Positions 35,134 through 44,609 of a stretch of DNA of 64,000 nucleotides are shown here, piece after piece. The first letter of the stretch is position 1; every line of letters starts with the position of its first letter. Source of the DNA: Nitrospirota bacterium (GTDB lineage Bacteria; Nitrospirota; UBA9217); contig CAVVOB010000014.1 in assembly GCA_963749655.1 (NCBI GenBank), positions 32,001 through 96,000 on the forward strand. The letters are read 5' to 3'. A model generated the notes under the pieces. The model saw nothing but the letters and a program-made list of their open reading frames with translations, was not told where the DNA came from and did not search any database. The position numbers and the translations under genes are program-made.

Positions 35134-36837
35134 TTATTGTTTCGATGATGCGGGGAAATAGAGAGTAAAGGAGGTTCCTGTTCCCAACGTGCTGTCAACG
35201 TCGATGAATCCGCCGTGCCCTTCGACGACCTTCTTGGTGATCGAAAGTCCGAGCCCCGTTCCCTTCAGGATCAGCTTGGTCGTGAAAAAGGGCTCGAAGA
35301 TCCTGTTTAAATTCTCCGCTGAGATCCCGGATCCCGTGTCCTGCACGGTTACCGCCGCATAGGTCCTTCCGCGCACCTGCTCCGGGTGCGTGCTGATCGT
35401 GAGCGTGCCGCCGCCGGTCATCGCGTCGACGGCATTGGAAAGAAGATTTTCCACGGCCTGCAGCATCTGCTCCCTGTTGCCGGCAACGGCGGGAACGTCG
35501 CCAGCCCTGCTTATAACTGCTACGGACCGCTCCCTGCAGACATCCTCGTACATGATCAGCGCCTTCTCGACGATCTCTCGCAGGCTGCATGCCATCCGCA
35601 CGTCGGCGTCCCTGCGCGAAAAGAGCAGGACGTTCTGCAGGACGTTTTCCAGCCGGACGGACTCCTCGAAAATGAGGCCCGCGTATTTCTTCTCCTTGGT
35701 GCCCTCCGGCATCATGTCGAAGAGCCTGTTCGCGAACCCGCCGATCGCCATCAACGGGTTTTTGATCGTATGGGACACGTTCGCCGCTATGCGGCCCAGG
35801 GCCGCGAGTCTTTCCGATTCGATCAATTGCTCCCTGAGCCGGTTCTTCTCCACTTCGGCCTGGCGGCGCACGATGAGGCCGGCAAGAGCATTGGCGATGG
35901 CGACGAGAAACTCCTCCTCTTCAGAAAGGCGCTGGTGGCTGCCCGCTACCGCCACGTTGATGATGCCCAGCGCTTGATCGCCAAACAGGATCGGCACGCA
36001 ATACAACCCTCCCGCGACTGAAGCCGTATACGTATACTGGATTTCCCGCGGAATTTCGAGACAACTCGTAGCCACGATCTGGCAGGATTCCTCGTCGTGC
36101 GGGGACATGCCCTGACCGAGAGGCACGGTCTTGCAGGAGGCCACCTGGGCCACGGTAAACCCGTGCATGGCCCTGAGCATAAGCACCCCGGGGGCCTGCT
36201 CGGCAAGATAGATGCTTCCCCGTGCGCGCATCGCAAAGCTCGGGATGGTCAGGACCAGATCGAGGACGCGGCTCAACTGCTCGTCAAGGGTATCGGGCTC
36301 AAGGGATATCCGGAGCACGGAGCTGACGGCTTTCTGGATCCGGTAGTTGAGATCGATCGAGAGCTCGATGTTCTTTCGCTGCGAAACGTCCCGGACCACG
36401 GCCATGGCTACGATCTCGCCGGCTGCCGGCAGGTAGCTCAGACTGATATCAAGGGAAAATTCCGTGCCGTCCTTTCTCAAGCCGAACAGGTCGAGCCCGC
36501 TCCCCATGGGCCGGATGTGGGGATCGGCCATGAAATCCGACACATGACCGCGATGACGGGCGCGGAAACGCTCCGGCATCAGGGTTTCCACGCTCTTCCC
36601 GAGCAATTCTTCCTTCCGGTAGCCGAACAAGGCCTCGAGCTGAGCATTGACTTGTACTATTTTGCCCCGGCGATCGATGAGCACCAGCCCGTTCGGGAGC
36701 GACTGCAGGACGCGGTCGTACTGTTCCAGCGACGGAATGAATTCAGGATCGCCCCGCCCCTCGGTCCGTACGCGGCCCCGACCTGCGTACTCCCGCTCTT
36801 CGGTATAATATTCCAAGTCTTTTCGCCGTGCCTTCAT
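35134..36837 (-). CDS. PAS-GAF histidine kinase
   Basis: PAS RPMGSGLDLFGLRKDGTEF, H-box SHTIKNPL, NLLSNAVDAM, FEPFFTTK...GTGLGL; start position uncertain. Confidence 0.88.
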   Translation of the reverse strand: MKARRKDLEYYTEEREYAGRGRVRTEGRGDPEFIPSLEQYDRVLQSLPNGLVLIDRRGKIVQVNAQLEALFGYRKEELLGKSVETLMPERFRARHRGHVSDFMADPHIRPMGSGLDLFGLRKDGTEFSLDISLSYLPAAGEIVAMAVVRDVSQRKNIELSIDLNYRIQKAVSSVLRISLEPDTLDEQLSRVLDLVLTIPSFAMRARGSIYLAEQAPGVLMLRAMHGFTVAQVASCKTVPLGQGMSPHDEESCQIVATSCLEIPREIQYTYTASVAGGLYCVPILFGDQALGIINVAVAGSHQRLSEEEEFLVAIANALAGLIVRRQAEVEKNRLREQLIESERLAALGRIAANVSHTIKNPLMAIGGFANRLFDMMPEGTKEKKYAGLIFEESVRLENVLQNVLLFSRRDADVRMACSLREIVEKALIMYEDVCRERSVAVISRAGDVPAVAGNREQMLQAVENLLSNAVDAMTGGGTLTISTHPEQVRGRTYAAVTVQDTGSGISAENLNRIFEPFFTTKLILKGTGLGLSITKKVVEGHGGFIDVDSTLGTGTSFTLYFPASSKQ

Positions 36838-36939
36838 TGTTCCTGACCCGCTCCCGCGCCCGAACAGCCCCTGACCATAATTTACCACCTTTTTGGTCCT
36901 CTTTAACCACCATCCCGACACTCTTTCCGCTTCATTGTG

Positions 36940-36980
36940 AAAAAAAAAGAGCGGGACCGGATCATGTCCGGCCCCGCTCT
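36940..36980 (-). terminator. Rho-independent terminator after the CHRD gene
   Basis: AGAGCGGGACCGGA...TCCGGCCCCGCTCT stem with a poly-T tail on the minus strand. Confidence 0.75.
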
Positions 36981-37025
36981 GCAATGTCGAATAGAGATCG
37001 GCCTGTAGCGCGTCGGTTCGACGGT

Positions 37026-37499
37026 CTACTTCAGTTCCCCGCGGATCTCCCCGCTCGGATACTTGTCCGTATGAACGTTCACGTAGGCGTCGCCGTCCTT
37101 GATCATCTTCAGAAGATCGTCAACCGTTTTCCCGGCAAGGGGGCCGACCAGGTCCTTATCCGTAATGGTTCCTTTTGCCAGCAATCCGCTGAACTTCCCT
37201 TCCTTCTTCGGCCCTGCAAAAAGTCCGACTACCGGCGGGCCTTCCACGCCTCTTTTGCCTGCATGGATATGGGCTGCCTTGGCATCTGCCAGATTTTTCA
37301 CCTTGAGCTCATAAGTCAGCTCCTTGCCGTCCTTGCTCAGGGTAAGGATCTCCTCGCCGCTTGCCTTCGTCTTCACTGCCGGAACTTCCTCCTTGCCCGT
37401 CAATTTGGTCTTGAAATGACCGCCTGCTGCAGCCATTCCGAGCGACGTGGTAACGATTACCGCAAATAGGGCAAATAGCACTGCTTTAATGGTTTTCAT
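37026..37499 (-). CDS. CHRD domain-containing exported protein
   Basis: Signal peptide; LTGKEEVPAV, AAHIHAG..G..GPPV, YVNVHTDKYPSGEIRG. Confidence 0.9.
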   Translation of the reverse strand: MKTIKAVLFALFAVIVTTSLGMAAAGGHFKTKLTGKEEVPAVKTKASGEEILTLSKDGKELTYELKVKNLADAKAAHIHAGKRGVEGPPVVGLFAGPKKEGKFSGLLAKGTITDKDLVGPLAGKTVDDLLKMIKDGDAYVNVHTDKYPSGEIRGELK

Positions 37500-37720
37500 A
37501 TGATGTTCCTCCTTCATGGCAGAACGTACACTCCTGACGAATGCACTAAAACCCGCTGACCGCGCCGACGTCACGCGACTTTTTTCCGTCTTCGTCAAAA
37601 GTGGATATTCTGTTCTAACTATATCTCGCCAGAAAATCATGTCAAGTTTGTCCTGTTTTGGTCGGATACAAAAGGCTTAGATGGCCATCCCTCTCCCCCA
37701 AAAATACCCTGTCGATTTTC

Positions 37721-37748
37721 TTGACAAAATCATCACTGTCTATATAAT
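37721..37748 (+). promoter_or_regulatory. Sigma70 promoter upstream of the lipoprotein/rSAM operon
   Basis: TTGACA-N16-TATAAT. Confidence 0.65.
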
Positions 37749-37935
37749 CGAGGCAGTTCGATTTAATGATCGTTTCCTCACCGTATAGGTCCAACGGGAC
37801 CGCGCCCGGCTTCGCGACAATCTCCGTCGCAGGTCCCGTATCTTTTCTGAAGTGCATCCTGTTCCCCTCAGCGTGCGTCTAACTCGCCATAAACAGCAAT
37901 GCGCGCTTGCGCGCTACTCGACAGGAGAACATCGC

Positions 37936-38421
37936 ATGAGGACCGAAAATTATTCACGGCGGGAATTCTTAAAGACCTTCGCGCTGATATCGTCGGCGCC
38001 GCTCCTGGTCAACGTGCTTGCCGCGTGCAGTGATCCCGTGGCCGGTGCCGCATACGGACCCCCGCCGTACACCCAGGTCTCAGTGACCGGAATATACTTT
38101 CTCGACGCGCAGTCACATACCGTGAAGCTTGCGGACAATCAGAACGTGCCTGCCCACACGTCCTTTACCATCCAGTTCAACACTGCGATGAACATGGATT
38201 CCGTTCTTACCGCGATAACGTTCGTTGACTCAGGCAACACTCCTGTTGCATTTGCCGCACTTGCGCAGGACGAGCGGACCATGGGGCTGACTCCGTCTGC
38301 CGATCTCGCGCACAACAGCACCTATACGCTGAGTGTGAACAATAACGCCGTGGATGCGAGTGGGAACTCACGGCTTCTTGTTGACGCGAATGCAACGGCA
38401 ACGTTCAAGACCGGGGTCTGA
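37936..38421 (+). CDS. Tat-signal lipoprotein with AYGP motif and Ig-like (SbsA/Big_5-like) domain, paralog 1
   Basis: SRREFLK, lipobox LAAC, GAAYGPPP, NVP.HTSF.IQFNTAM...TPS.DLA.NS.YTLSV...ATFKTG. Confidence 0.8.
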   Translation: MRTENYSRREFLKTFALISSAPLLVNVLAACSDPVAGAAYGPPPYTQVSVTGIYFLDAQSHTVKLADNQNVPAHTSFTIQFNTAMNMDSVLTAITFVDSGNTPVAFAALAQDERTMGLTPSADLAHNSTYTLSVNNNAVDASGNSRLLVDANATATFKTGV

Positions 38422-38449
38422 AAGGACGGCGAGAGAAAACGTGTTGGTG

Positions 38450-38476
38450 TCTGCGACATCTGCGTAATCTGCGGAA
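38450..38476. repeat. Triplicated 9-mer (TCTGCGNNA), half element
   Basis: tctgcgaca tctgcgtaa tctgcggaa. Confidence 0.6.
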
Positions 38477-38553
38477 CAATATTTTCATGTTTTTCTGCAG
38501 TCCGCCGGCGCAAAAGTGACGTTGTTCAAATCGAACAGGGAGAGGCGATACCC

Positions 38554-39660
38554 GTGAACTCCATCGAGAAAAAAGTGCAGGCCCTTGAATCCTTCATCGA
38601 GCGCAAGGAGCAGCTCAAGAAGGACACTTCCCTGCGCTATCTTTTCTGGGAATCCACGCTCCGCTGCAATCTGAGCTGCCTCCACTGCGGCAGCGACTGC
38701 GTCCGCGACGACGCGAGCCAGGCAGCCGAGCTCGACGGGGAGACGATCAAACGCGAGCTCCACTCCATCGCCGGCCATTACGATCCGCGCCTGTGCACCT
38801 TTGCGATCATCGGGGGCGAACCCCTTCTGCGCGACGACATCATCGGCGTGGGGGCCTTTGCAGCGGAGCTGGGATACAACTGGGGCATCACGACGAACGG
38901 CATGCTCCTGAGCCGCGACAAGATCAGGCAGTTGAAGGACGCGAAGCTCCGGACGATCTCGGTGAGCCTGGACGGCCTTCCGTCTGACCATGACCGTCTG
39001 CGCTCCTGCAATGGCTCCTGGGATATCGTCACAACGGCGATCAAAAACCTTCTGGCGGACCGGTTCTTCTCCGTCTTCGACGTCATTTGCTGCGTCAGCA
39101 AGATCAACATCAACCGGCTCGGACCTTTTGTCGAAAGCCTGATCCAACTCGGCGTCCCGGCGGTCCGGTTCACACCCGTGTTCTCCCGCGGCAGAGCGGG
39201 CAGGAACAGGGACCTCATGCTGAGCAAAGATGATTACCAGAAACTGCTCCGCTTCATCGCGGAGCAGCGCGCGAAGCAGTCCGCGATTCGGATCACCCTG
39301 AGCGAGGAAGGTTACTGGGGCCCGGAATGGGAATGCGTGGTGCGCGATGAATTCCACTATTGCGGGTCGGGGATCATGATCGGCTCCATCCTGCACGACG
39401 GCCGCGTCACCGGCTGCCCAAGCGTTTCCCGGAAGTTCATCGAGGGAAACATCAGGGAAACTCCCTTCGTGGATGTCTGGAAAAACCGCTTCACCAGGTA
39501 CCGGAAGGACCGCAAGGAAACCTTCTCCGGTCTCTGCGGAAACTGCGAGCACTGGGACCTCTGCGAAGGCGGCGGGTTCCATCTTCTGGACCAGGACAAT
39601 GCCGCAGAGAGCTTTTGCTGCCTTGAAAAAATCGGCCAAAGGAGAAGATCGCATGAATAG
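38554..39660 (+). CDS. Radical SAM/SPASM peptide/protein maturase (TIGR04133 / splicease-like)
   Basis: LFWESTLRCNLSCLHCGSDC (CxxxCxxC), GGEP, TNG, VSLDG, SPASM CGSG...DGRVTGCPSV...GNIRE...CGNCEHWDLC. Confidence 0.9.
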   Translation: MNSIEKKVQALESFIERKEQLKKDTSLRYLFWESTLRCNLSCLHCGSDCVRDDASQAAELDGETIKRELHSIAGHYDPRLCTFAIIGGEPLLRDDIIGVGAFAAELGYNWGITTNGMLLSRDKIRQLKDAKLRTISVSLDGLPSDHDRLRSCNGSWDIVTTAIKNLLADRFFSVFDVICCVSKININRLGPFVESLIQLGVPAVRFTPVFSRGRAGRNRDLMLSKDDYQKLLRFIAEQRAKQSAIRITLSEEGYWGPEWECVVRDEFHYCGSGIMIGSILHDGRVTGCPSVSRKFIEGNIRETPFVDVWKNRFTRYRKDRKETFSGLCGNCEHWDLCEGGGFHLLDQDNAAESFCCLEKIGQRRRSHE

Positions 39661-40147
39661 CGAAAATTATTCTCGGCGGGAGTTCCTCAGGACCTTCGCA
39701 ATGATGTCGTCGGCGCCGCTCCTCGCAAGCATTCTTTCCGGGTGCGGTTCTTCCACCACCACGAATGAGAACAAAGTAATGTATGGTCCTTCACCTGTTC
39801 AGCCGGTTCTGGTAGTGGTAATGTCTTTCCTCGACGCGCAGTCATCTCCCGTTGAACTGTCGGGCAGCCGGAACGTGCCCGTTCATACGTCCTTTATCAT
39901 CCAGTTCAACACGGCAATGGACATGAATTCCGTCGCAGCGGCAATTTCTTTCGTTGACTCAGGTAGTAGCCCCGTCGTTTTTACTGCAAGCCCGCAGAGC
40001 GACTGGAGCATACAGGTTACCCCTTCTTCTGATCTGGCAAGCAACAGCGATTACACCCTGAGCGTGAATAATAACGCCATGAGCTCCGGCGGCAGCGGCC
40101 TCACGGTTGACGCAAAGTCAACCGCGACGTTCAAGACCGGGGCTTAA
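39653..40147 (+). CDS. Tat-signal lipoprotein with MYGP motif and Ig-like domain, paralog 2
   Basis: SRREFLR, lipobox LSGC, KVMYGPSP; clearly paralogous to 37936-38421; overlaps the rSAM stop by 8 nt. Confidence 0.8.
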   Translation: MNSENYSRREFLRTFAMMSSAPLLASILSGCGSSTTTNENKVMYGPSPVQPVLVVVMSFLDAQSSPVELSGSRNVPVHTSFIIQFNTAMDMNSVAAAISFVDSGSSPVVFTASPQSDWSIQVTPSSDLASNSDYTLSVNNNAMSSGGSGLTVDAKSTATFKTGA

Positions 40148-40165
40148 GAGGCAAAATCATATTTT

Positions 40166-40510
40166 ATGAAGGCGACCATCATAACGGTCATGCTTGGTAT
40201 ACTGCTTTCGCTGCCGGCCCTTCTCTCTGCAGCCGGCGAAACTGCCGTCGAAGCAGCGCCCCCGGTCGAGCTCTTCATCGCCGACTGGTGTCCCAACTGC
40301 CGCAAGGCCATGGACTTTTTGCGCTCGCACGGCATCGAGTTCGTCGCCTATGACGTTGAAAAGAACGAGACGGCCGCTCGCAGGAAGAAGCAGCTCGACA
40401 AACGCCGGCTGGTGCCTTTTGCGATCATCAACGGAAAAAAAGTCAGCGGGTTTTCCGAGAATGAATACCTGAAGGCGCTGGGGATTAATGAAACTCCTCA
40501 AAAGAGATAA
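40166..40510 (+). CDS. Glutaredoxin/NrdH-like protein with N-terminal signal peptide
   Basis: WCPNCRKA, YDVEK, VP...INGK...GF. Confidence 0.85.
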   Translation: MKATIITVMLGILLSLPALLSAAGETAVEAAPPVELFIADWCPNCRKAMDFLRSHGIEFVAYDVEKNETAARRKKQLDKRRLVPFAIINGKKVSGFSENEYLKALGINETPQKR

Positions 40511-40638
40511 GTCCGCCCTGACTGAAACCTGGATTCCTGCCGTCGCAGGAATGAAAAGCTGATGGTGTACCCCGGCTTGTCACGTATGATTCGTTTTTGT
40601 TTCGTTTTATTGAGGCGAGTCGGTCATTTCAGTGTTTT

Positions 40639-41127
40639 ATGCTAACCGTTCTTATAAGAAAACAGCGTTTCCTGTCCGCACTCTGCGCACTCTCACTCCT
40701 GCTCCTGACCGTGGGAACCGCAGCGGCAGACAGTCTGCGCGCCTTCACGAGCGACGGCTGCAGCCTGTTCCCTGACGGAGAACTGAAGGACCGGGCGCAG
40801 TGGTGTGATTGCTGCCTGATCCATGACATCGCCTACTGGCAGGGCGGCACCAGCGAGGACCGCCAACGGGCCGATGAAGCGCTCCGGAAGTGCGTGATCG
40901 ATCGCACCAAGAGCGAAGCCCTGGCGGACCTGATGTACGACGGGGTCCGGGCAGGCGGGCACCCTGCTTTCCCCACCTGGTATCGCTGGGCATACGGATG
41001 GCCGTATGGCAGGGGATACAAACAGCTGACTGAACAGGAACAGACGCAGGTCCGGGAGAAGATCGATGCCTATCAACGCGATCATCCTGATGGGTATTGC
41101 ATCGAGCAGCACAAAACGACAAAGTAA
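40639..41127 (+). CDS. Conserved exported Cys-rich protein (phospholipase A2-like fold possible)
   Basis: FTSDGCSLFPDG...WCDCCLIHDIAYWQGG...ADEALRKCV...GVRAGG. Confidence 0.65.
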   Translation: MLTVLIRKQRFLSALCALSLLLLTVGTAAADSLRAFTSDGCSLFPDGELKDRAQWCDCCLIHDIAYWQGGTSEDRQRADEALRKCVIDRTKSEALADLMYDGVRAGGHPAFPTWYRWAYGWPYGRGYKQLTEQEQTQVREKIDAYQRDHPDGYCIEQHKTTK

Positions 41128-41159
41128 CGGGCGGCCTGTCAACCGCAGGAGGAAAAAGA

Positions 41160-41768
41160 ATGAACAGACTCTGTATGACCATACACGCGAACCGGTATCG
41201 GGCCGCGATCATCGCGCTGTCGGCGCTCTTCTTGTGCGCTGCCTTCAGCTCCGGCGTATATGCAGACGCGGCGGGTGCAAACCGCCCTGCGACATGGGCT
41301 GCGCCGGTTTCCGTAAAAGGCGCGCCGAACCTGCACAAGGTTAACGACGGACTCTACCGCAGCGCACAGCCCACAAAAGAGGGAATGAAAAACCTGGAGA
41401 GGCTGGGCATCCGCACGGTCATCAACCTCCGCGCTTTCCATTCAGACTCAGATGAGCTCAAAGGGACAACACTGTTGAACTCGGAGTTGAGCATCAAGAC
41501 CTGGCACATCGAGGATGAGGATGTCGTCAAGGTCCTTCGGATCCTTGCGCACAAGGAAAACGGCCCCTTTCTGATCCACTGCCAGCACGGCGCCGACCGG
41601 ACCGGCGTCATGTCCGCGATGTACCGGATCGTGGTCCAGGGCTGGTCCAAGGAGGACGCGATCGACGAAATGGTGAATGGTGGATACGGGTTCCATTCCG
41701 TCTGGTCGAACGTGATCGACTATGTGCGCAAGGTTGATATCGACAGGATCAAAAAGCAAACAGAATAG
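41160..41768 (+). CDS. Dual-specificity / tyrosine protein phosphatase family, exported
   Basis: LYRSAQP and HCQHGADRTG (CX5R). Confidence 0.88.
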   Translation: MNRLCMTIHANRYRAAIIALSALFLCAAFSSGVYADAAGANRPATWAAPVSVKGAPNLHKVNDGLYRSAQPTKEGMKNLERLGIRTVINLRAFHSDSDELKGTTLLNSELSIKTWHIEDEDVVKVLRILAHKENGPFLIHCQHGADRTGVMSAMYRIVVQGWSKEDAIDEMVNGGYGFHSVWSNVIDYVRKVDIDRIKKQTE

Positions 41769-41963
41769 CCGCAGCTTCGGCTGTCTGCACGCCCGCCATC
41801 TTATAAGGGCCCATGACTCGGTTTATCGAATAACCGGATTGAACAAATAAGGGAGGAGACGGGAGGTGGTTGGTACCTCAATTTTTGGACGAGGGTTTGT
41901 ATTTTTTCTATGGGAAAACGATAGAGACAGCAATTTTTTTTATTTCAAACAGGAGGAATTCTC

Positions 41964-42464
41964 ATGAAAAGACTTTTGACGGCAATGCTGACGGTGGTGA
42001 TGTTCGGCGCGCTCACAGCGAATGCATCTGCGGCGAACGGCCTCAAAGCTGGCGCATTTTCCTTTGGCGTGAACGTGAATGATGATTTTGTGCTTTCAGG
42101 CAAGTATTTTGTCGCGAATGACCTTGCAATTCTTGCGCTCTTCGGCCTCGGTCAGAAGGGAGGCGACGCCTCGGGCACCGACCTCGGAATCGGCGCAGGC
42201 ATCAGGAAGTATCTCTCCACCGAGGACTTCGCGCCCTTTTTCGGCGGCGTCGTATCCTACCGGAGCACGCGGGACGGCGACCTGAAGGAGACAAGTATTA
42301 TGGGACTGTTCGGCGCTGAATACTTTTTTGAGAAACGCTTCAGTGTGGAAGGAAACGTGGGCTTCGGATACACCTCAACGGACACCACCACGGGGCCGAC
42401 CACGGTGACGGAGAACACCCTCGGCACCCAGCGGTTCGGTTTGAACCTGAACTTTTATTTCTGA
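41964..42464 (+). CDS. Outer-membrane beta-barrel protein
   Basis: Signal peptide, alternating beta pattern, GAEYFF, C-terminal LNFYF. Confidence 0.8.
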   Translation: MKRLLTAMLTVVMFGALTANASAANGLKAGAFSFGVNVNDDFVLSGKYFVANDLAILALFGLGQKGGDASGTDLGIGAGIRKYLSTEDFAPFFGGVVSYRSTRDGDLKETSIMGLFGAEYFFEKRFSVEGNVGFGYTSTDTTTGPTTVTENTLGTQRFGLNLNFYF

Positions 42465-42484
42465 CGAACAGACACTTTTCATCG

Positions 42485-42518
42485 AGTCCCCGGCGCCGTC
42501 TGCGCCGGGGACTTTTTT
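42485..42518 (+). terminator. Rho-independent terminator
   Basis: AGTCCCCGGCGC-cgtct-GCGCCGGGGACT followed by a T run. Confidence 0.85.
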
Positions 42519-42584
42519 GCGGAGGGCCCGGCACCTTGCGCTTTTTACGCCAATCGATTATCATGGCTGCGGGAGATAAAAACC

Positions 42585-43637
42585 ATGTTCAGGAACAACA
42601 CTCCGGCAGCCTTGATCGTTCTGCTCTTCTCAGCTCTCGCCCTGTCGGGCTGCGCGCGACTTCCGATCCCTGCGCCGTCGGCGCCGATCGCACCCATGGC
42701 CGAGCCCTCAGTCCCCGACTCCACGATCACCATCCCGGTCGCGATCGAGGTGCCTCCGCTTGCAGCTGACCCCGACAGGGAGAATGCCTTTGCCGGAGCG
42801 ATCAGAAATTTCATCGGGAGGCAGGCGGCGAAATTGGCAACCAGCGATCTTACAGGCAATCCGTTCCTTCGCCGGCAGATCGAAAAAGTATGGGACGCGC
42901 TCCAGGCCCCCTTGCCCCTCTCTGACGGCGTTTCGCTTCTTCTCGATCCGCAATCCCTCACCGCGGCGCCCCTGGAAGGGACCGGCGCGCGGACAGGGGT
43001 CGTCGTGTCGATCACTGCGCGGCCGCGGCTTATGGCGGGCGCCCTGCCGCCCCGGACCGCTTCGCGGCTGCCGTCCTTCTCCGTAGCGACGGCTGCGCCG
43101 GAAAAGGGTTTTCACCTCGCGCTGCAGACCGAGTTGTCCTTCGACTACCTGGGAAATGAATTGACAAAAAAGCTGGGAGGCACGACCTACCAGGTCAAGG
43201 GTGCGTCCTTCACTGTCGGGAAAGTGGGGGTCTTCGGCTCCGGCTGTTCGATTGTCCTGGCAGTCGGCATCAAGGGATCAGTCGGCGGCACGGTCTACCT
43301 GACCGGCACGCCCGTCTATGACGAAGCCACGAGGTCCTTTGTCGTTCGGGATGTCGAGTATACCCTGGAAACAACGCAGGTCCTTGCAAAACTGGCCGAC
43401 TGGGTGCTTCACAGCGGGCTTCGCGACAATCTCGCCGGCCGCGCAACCTGGCCGATGGGAGACAGGATCGATCAGGCAAGAGAACGCCTCTCCCGTGCGC
43501 TGAACCGTGAGATCAATCCTCATGTGCGCATGCAGGGAGAGATCACCTCTCTCGCGACGATCGCGGTCGGGTTGACGCCCTCCTCCGTCAAGGCAGTTCT
43601 CCTGGCCGACGGAGTGGTCGAAGTGAACGTACATTAA
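42585..43637 (+). CDS. DUF4403-like lipoprotein
   Basis: Lipobox LSGC; W..LQ.P..L...V.LLLDP and G.VYLTGTPVYD patterns. Confidence 0.7.
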   Translation: MFRNNTPAALIVLLFSALALSGCARLPIPAPSAPIAPMAEPSVPDSTITIPVAIEVPPLAADPDRENAFAGAIRNFIGRQAAKLATSDLTGNPFLRRQIEKVWDALQAPLPLSDGVSLLLDPQSLTAAPLEGTGARTGVVVSITARPRLMAGALPPRTASRLPSFSVATAAPEKGFHLALQTELSFDYLGNELTKKLGGTTYQVKGASFTVGKVGVFGSGCSIVLAVGIKGSVGGTVYLTGTPVYDEATRSFVVRDVEYTLETTQVLAKLADWVLHSGLRDNLAGRATWPMGDRIDQARERLSRALNREINPHVRMQGEITSLATIAVGLTPSSVKAVLLADGVVEVNVH

Positions 43638-43640
43638 TCT

Positions 43641-43747
43641 AGCATAGTGCATAGAGCATGGCGCAGAGGGGAAGATCTCTCTGCTCTCTGCTCTCTGCTC
43701 TCTGCTCTCTGCTCTCTGCTCTCTGCTCTCTGCTCTCTGCTCTCTGC
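43641..43747. repeat. Heptamer inverted element with (TCTCTGC) x10 perfect tandem at 43678-43747
   Basis: agcatagtgcatagagcatggcgcagaggg then ten exact TCTCTGC units; fills the gap between convergent genes. Confidence 0.9.
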
Positions 43748-43748
43748 C

Positions 43749-44246
43749 TTACCTGTCGTCGCGATCATGACCGCGTCCGCGATTGCCCCGCCCTTTTCCG
43801 CGCCCTTCGTCCTGCCCTTCTCCGCGCTTGTCCCAGTGCCGGTCCTTCTCCCAGGCGCGCCAGTTCCTCCTTACATCGCCATAGGGTACGCGTTCGTACT
43901 GAGACGGCGCCCCACGATAATGAGCAGGCACTGTCCGCACCGCGTGAGGAACTTTTTTAACGGCTTTCCAGGGGCCGTTGTACTCCGCAGAGATGAACCA
44001 CCTGCTGCGGTACGAGCGGTACCAGTAGCCGTGGTAGAACAGGATGTCGGCATCCACGTCAGGCGGATAATAGACATAAGTCCCGGGTATGACGATCAAA
44101 AAAGGTGCGGCCGGGATGACCAGGCGCGGCAGGGGAACACCGACGTGAATGTCGACATCCACGCCTGCGTCGGCCGCCGGAGCGGCGGCCATAAAAGTAA
44201 ACCACGCTGCGACTGCTGCCAGTGATGCCAGAAATCTGTTGATCAT
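43749..44246 (-). CDS. Hypothetical exported protein (Pro/Tyr/Trp-rich, basic tail)
   Basis: Signal peptide; IPGTYVYYPPDV...FYHGYWYR...YNGPW; RBS AGGAGG. Confidence 0.7.
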   Translation of the reverse strand: MINRFLASLAAVAAWFTFMAAAPAADAGVDVDIHVGVPLPRLVIPAAPFLIVIPGTYVYYPPDVDADILFYHGYWYRSYRSRWFISAEYNGPWKAVKKVPHAVRTVPAHYRGAPSQYERVPYGDVRRNWRAWEKDRHWDKRGEGQDEGRGKGRGNRGRGHDRDDR

Positions 44247-44609
44247 GATGATACCTCCTTCTTTTGCCGGACGATCCGGGCAGTCATGTAACTATTCTGC
44301 CACGTCCTTTCCATAAAATCAAGGTTCTCTCCTTCTGCCCCTCCTGTTTGTCATAACCGGGCTACTTAGGTATGAAGAGTAAAGCAGCAAAGACTTTCCA
44401 CGATCCTTCCCTGTCATGAGAGCCGCAAGGCGCAAATATCTGCTATCATTTTGTCATGGGGTCCTGCGTGGGAAAGCGACGGTAAGGCGACGATGATTCG
44501 ACGAGAAGCGATATGACCCGCTCAGAGTCGACTGCTGTTTGTTGTCGATTCTTGTCAGCGTTCAAGGCGTCGCCCTTTTGAGTGCAGGACAGACGGAAAG
44601 GAGCACACC

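Noticed and set aside
43678-43747. Tandem repeat as a CRISPR array, or the LSALCSL ORFs as real proteins
   Set aside because: 7-nt units without spacers and no cas genes; ORFs 43647-44225 and 43658-43960 are translations of the repeat and antisense to a real gene.
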